20,944 nt of DNA from assembly GCA_018985225.1 (NCBI GenBank), contig JADGIF010000097.1, positions 1 to 20,944 on the forward strand, given 5' to 3'. A program made the translations under genes and the position numbers. The notes below the pieces were generated by a model. The model saw nothing but the letters and a program-made list of their open reading frames with translations. It was not told where the DNA came from and did no database searches. Position 1 is the stretch's first letter. Each line of letters opens with the position of its first letter. The DNA is from Amoeboradix gromovi X-113. Taxonomy: Eukaryota; Fungi; Sanchytriomycota. Below, in pieces: positions 18,898 through 20,944 of this stretch.

Positions 18898-20491
18898 TTA
18901 TTCAACCGGAATCGATTGCTGTTCCTGGGAGTGTATTTCTTCAAGGAAACTAAGAAAGGGTCGGTATATACCGACATTAGACATGGCGTCTATTGGTCTA
19001 TATAATGGCAGACTTTCATAAACAACAAAGCTTTTAGATTCAACTATATTATTAGCTTTACGCTTAAGTAACTTTTCAGGAATCTTTACACCACCCAGAC
19101 CTATGGACTCCAATCCAAACATATCCTCCTCTAATACATTGTTTATTAAACCGCCAGCAACGAAACCATCATCTCCGGTATATATGTCCTCGTCACCGAT
19201 AGTATTTCGAATGCCTCGTAAAATATTACCTAATTTTGTATTAACCGATATAAGCTTACGGGAGTAACTATAGTTCTCATACAAATAATTCCAGATTAAA
19301 TTAGCAGATGTTCCATTATCATATAAACAGCGATGAAGAGAGTTTATCGAATTTTCAAATTTCAAAGAATGAGAAACAAATGATCTGGCCAAATTCATGA
19401 TGTATCTCATCAGCACGTCAGCTAGCAAATCTATTGCCATCATGCTGCTCTGTTCAAATCCCACAGATAATGCTATTAAACACAAATACTGCTTAACAGC
19501 AGGTAAAGCATTGGCAAACGTTGTATGACCGCGATGAAGATTTGAAGTATCTATCTTAATAGGTTTTCGAGTAAATATTTGAACTTGATTTTCATCTCTT
19601 AGCATTTCAATTCCGGTATAATTGGTGCGGATTTCAAATAAGGTTTGAATGTCCTTTAATTTAAGATCTATAAAATAATTTCTACGTAAGTGAAAGGTAC
19701 CTTGGGGGCGGCGGACAACGAGGATACTCTTTTACAGGTACTTGATATAAACTGGGTAGAGGGCTTACTGTATACTCTGGAAACCTCAAGGGGGGATCAT
19801 TTGATTTTGGAAAGAATAAGTTGGATCTCTTTTTAACCCATTCAGCCAGTTCATCCTCACTCAGCTCATCTCTATGCCGTATCAGGATATCAGGAACATC
19901 TGCTAGCAGTCTCTCAGATGATTCCTTCAAGGACATGGCATAAAACCTGTAAACATGATTGGGAGCCGCATTGTAGAGTAGACAGTTTGATACAATTAAG
20001 TTTATGTCAATTTCGAAATGCTTCTTTGATTTGTATACTCCGTCGCTAAGGTTGCGAGAAATCTTGCCAAGGTCCATGGGCACTTTAACAATAGAAGAAT
20101 AATCAGGGGCCATCTTGGAAGTGACTTTTTGCAGAAAGCATGAATGATTTTCATCTTTTTTCAGAATAGTTAAAACTCTATCTAGCGCTTCATAAAGCTC
20201 CTCTTTTCCGATCCATACATCACTAGAATATTTGGAACGTGAATTAGATAATAGACAAGTAATATCGTCAACCTTATTGCGTCCACATTTTGATGCCACA
20301 AAGGCCAGCATGTATTTGTATTGTGATGGAAATTTCTTCAAATAGTAATCAAAATCCTCAATTTCCTCTTCGACTAAAGGAAAGGGAACTAGATCATAGC
20401 AGGATTTGAGGTCTTCTCTGAGTGATAAATCAATTTCGAAAGAATATGCTGGGTGCTCTATGCTTAGACTTTTTGAAGAAGATTGATTCAT
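18898..20491 (-). CDS. SPT7: SAGA complex subunit Spt7 (bromodomain + histone-fold); exons 20491-19701 and 19681-18898, 524 aa
   Basis: WIGKEELYEALDRVL..HS.FLQKV....APDY..IVK.PMDL..NCLLYN is a Spt7-type bromodomain. C-terminal GFEQSS..AIDLLADV..RYIMNL is a histone-fold (BTP) segment. Confidence 0.88.
19682..19700 (-). other. 19-nt spliceosomal intron (phase 2)
   Basis: GTACCTTTCACTTACGTAG on the minus strand. Removal gives CCA AG|A AAT TAT TTT ATA GAT CTT AAA.. in frame with the 235-aa ORF. Confidence 0.82.
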
Positions 20492-20527
20492 TTATAAATA
20501 TTGCCGCAACACGGAGATGTCATGTCA

Positions 20528-20807
20528 ATACTCGTTAAAACTGCAGACATCCAAGAGAATAGAGAACTTTTACAGAGAAACTAGCAAGACAGTTGCTTGG
20601 TTACGGCGGCTACTCATGCTCCCACTACCATTTCGCGGGATTGAATAGGGGTGCATGTATTTTAATTATATTTCCTTGATACTGCATGGTCGTTGTCTTC
20701 ATTTAATGGTTGTTTGGTAGCAGTCTCTTTCCTAATATTGAGAGAATTAATCAGTCTTGAGGAAGAGTATTTTCGGCTCTATTAGCGATATCTTTAGATT
20801 TCCATGC
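20528..20807 (-). mobile_element. Decayed IS607/Fanzor2-derived element, copy C, truncated by MITE M6
   Basis: CTCGTTAAAA..AGAGAACTTTTACAGAGAAACTAG..CTCATGCTCCCACTACC..GCGGGATTGAATA..GATATCTTTAGATTTCCATG align with copies A and B. Confidence 0.75.
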
Positions 20808-20944
20808 AGGACATCAAATATAGAAACTGGACTAACTTTCTGTAACAACTTGGAACATTATTTCAGCTTTATTACTTTATGGATTTAAGAGGCGAGTGGA
20901 CATTTAGCTAGTTGCGGAGTTGACGAGTATAAAAGGAAAGTAAA
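20808..20944 (-). mobile_element. MITE copy M6 (partial, runs off window)
   Basis: AGGACATCAAATATAGAAACTGGACTAACTTTCTGTAACAACTTGGAACATT.. is similar to 4380-4510. Confidence 0.92.

Overview
This is AT-rich, gene-dense eukaryotic DNA. It looks fungal (probably an early-diverging lineage; the species cannot be determined) and uses the standard code. Housekeeping genes: TRM82/WDR4 (2028-2894), GPD1 (10827-11900), a PMCA/PMC1 Ca2+-ATPase (14671-17836) and a compact SPT7 (18898-20491, minus). PMC1 and SPT7 are each split by a 19-nt GT-AG intron. The intergenic space holds two transposon families. (1) A frameshifted Sola1-type DDD transposase plus six copies of a ~0.3-0.5 kb MITE with ~30-bp GGGAC..GTCCC TIRs. 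(2) At least six decayed copies of a ~0.5-0.6 kb non-autonomous IS607-like element. Its best copy (11921-12565, minus) joins the N-terminal MerR-type HTH of an IS607 TnpA directly to the C-terminus of a TnpB/Fanzor2 nuclease. This is followed by a conserved non-coding right end (candidate omegaRNA scaffold) with copy-specific flanks. Three copies end 19-36 nt upstream of a co-oriented gene. Also present: a 575-aa protein with a zinc ribbon and a DUF3990/ADP-ribosyltransferase-like C-terminus, a small secreted Cys-containing ORF inside a probable MITE-mediated inversion, and an ORF with one internal stop behind a 41-bp tandem duplication. All alignments were done by eye.
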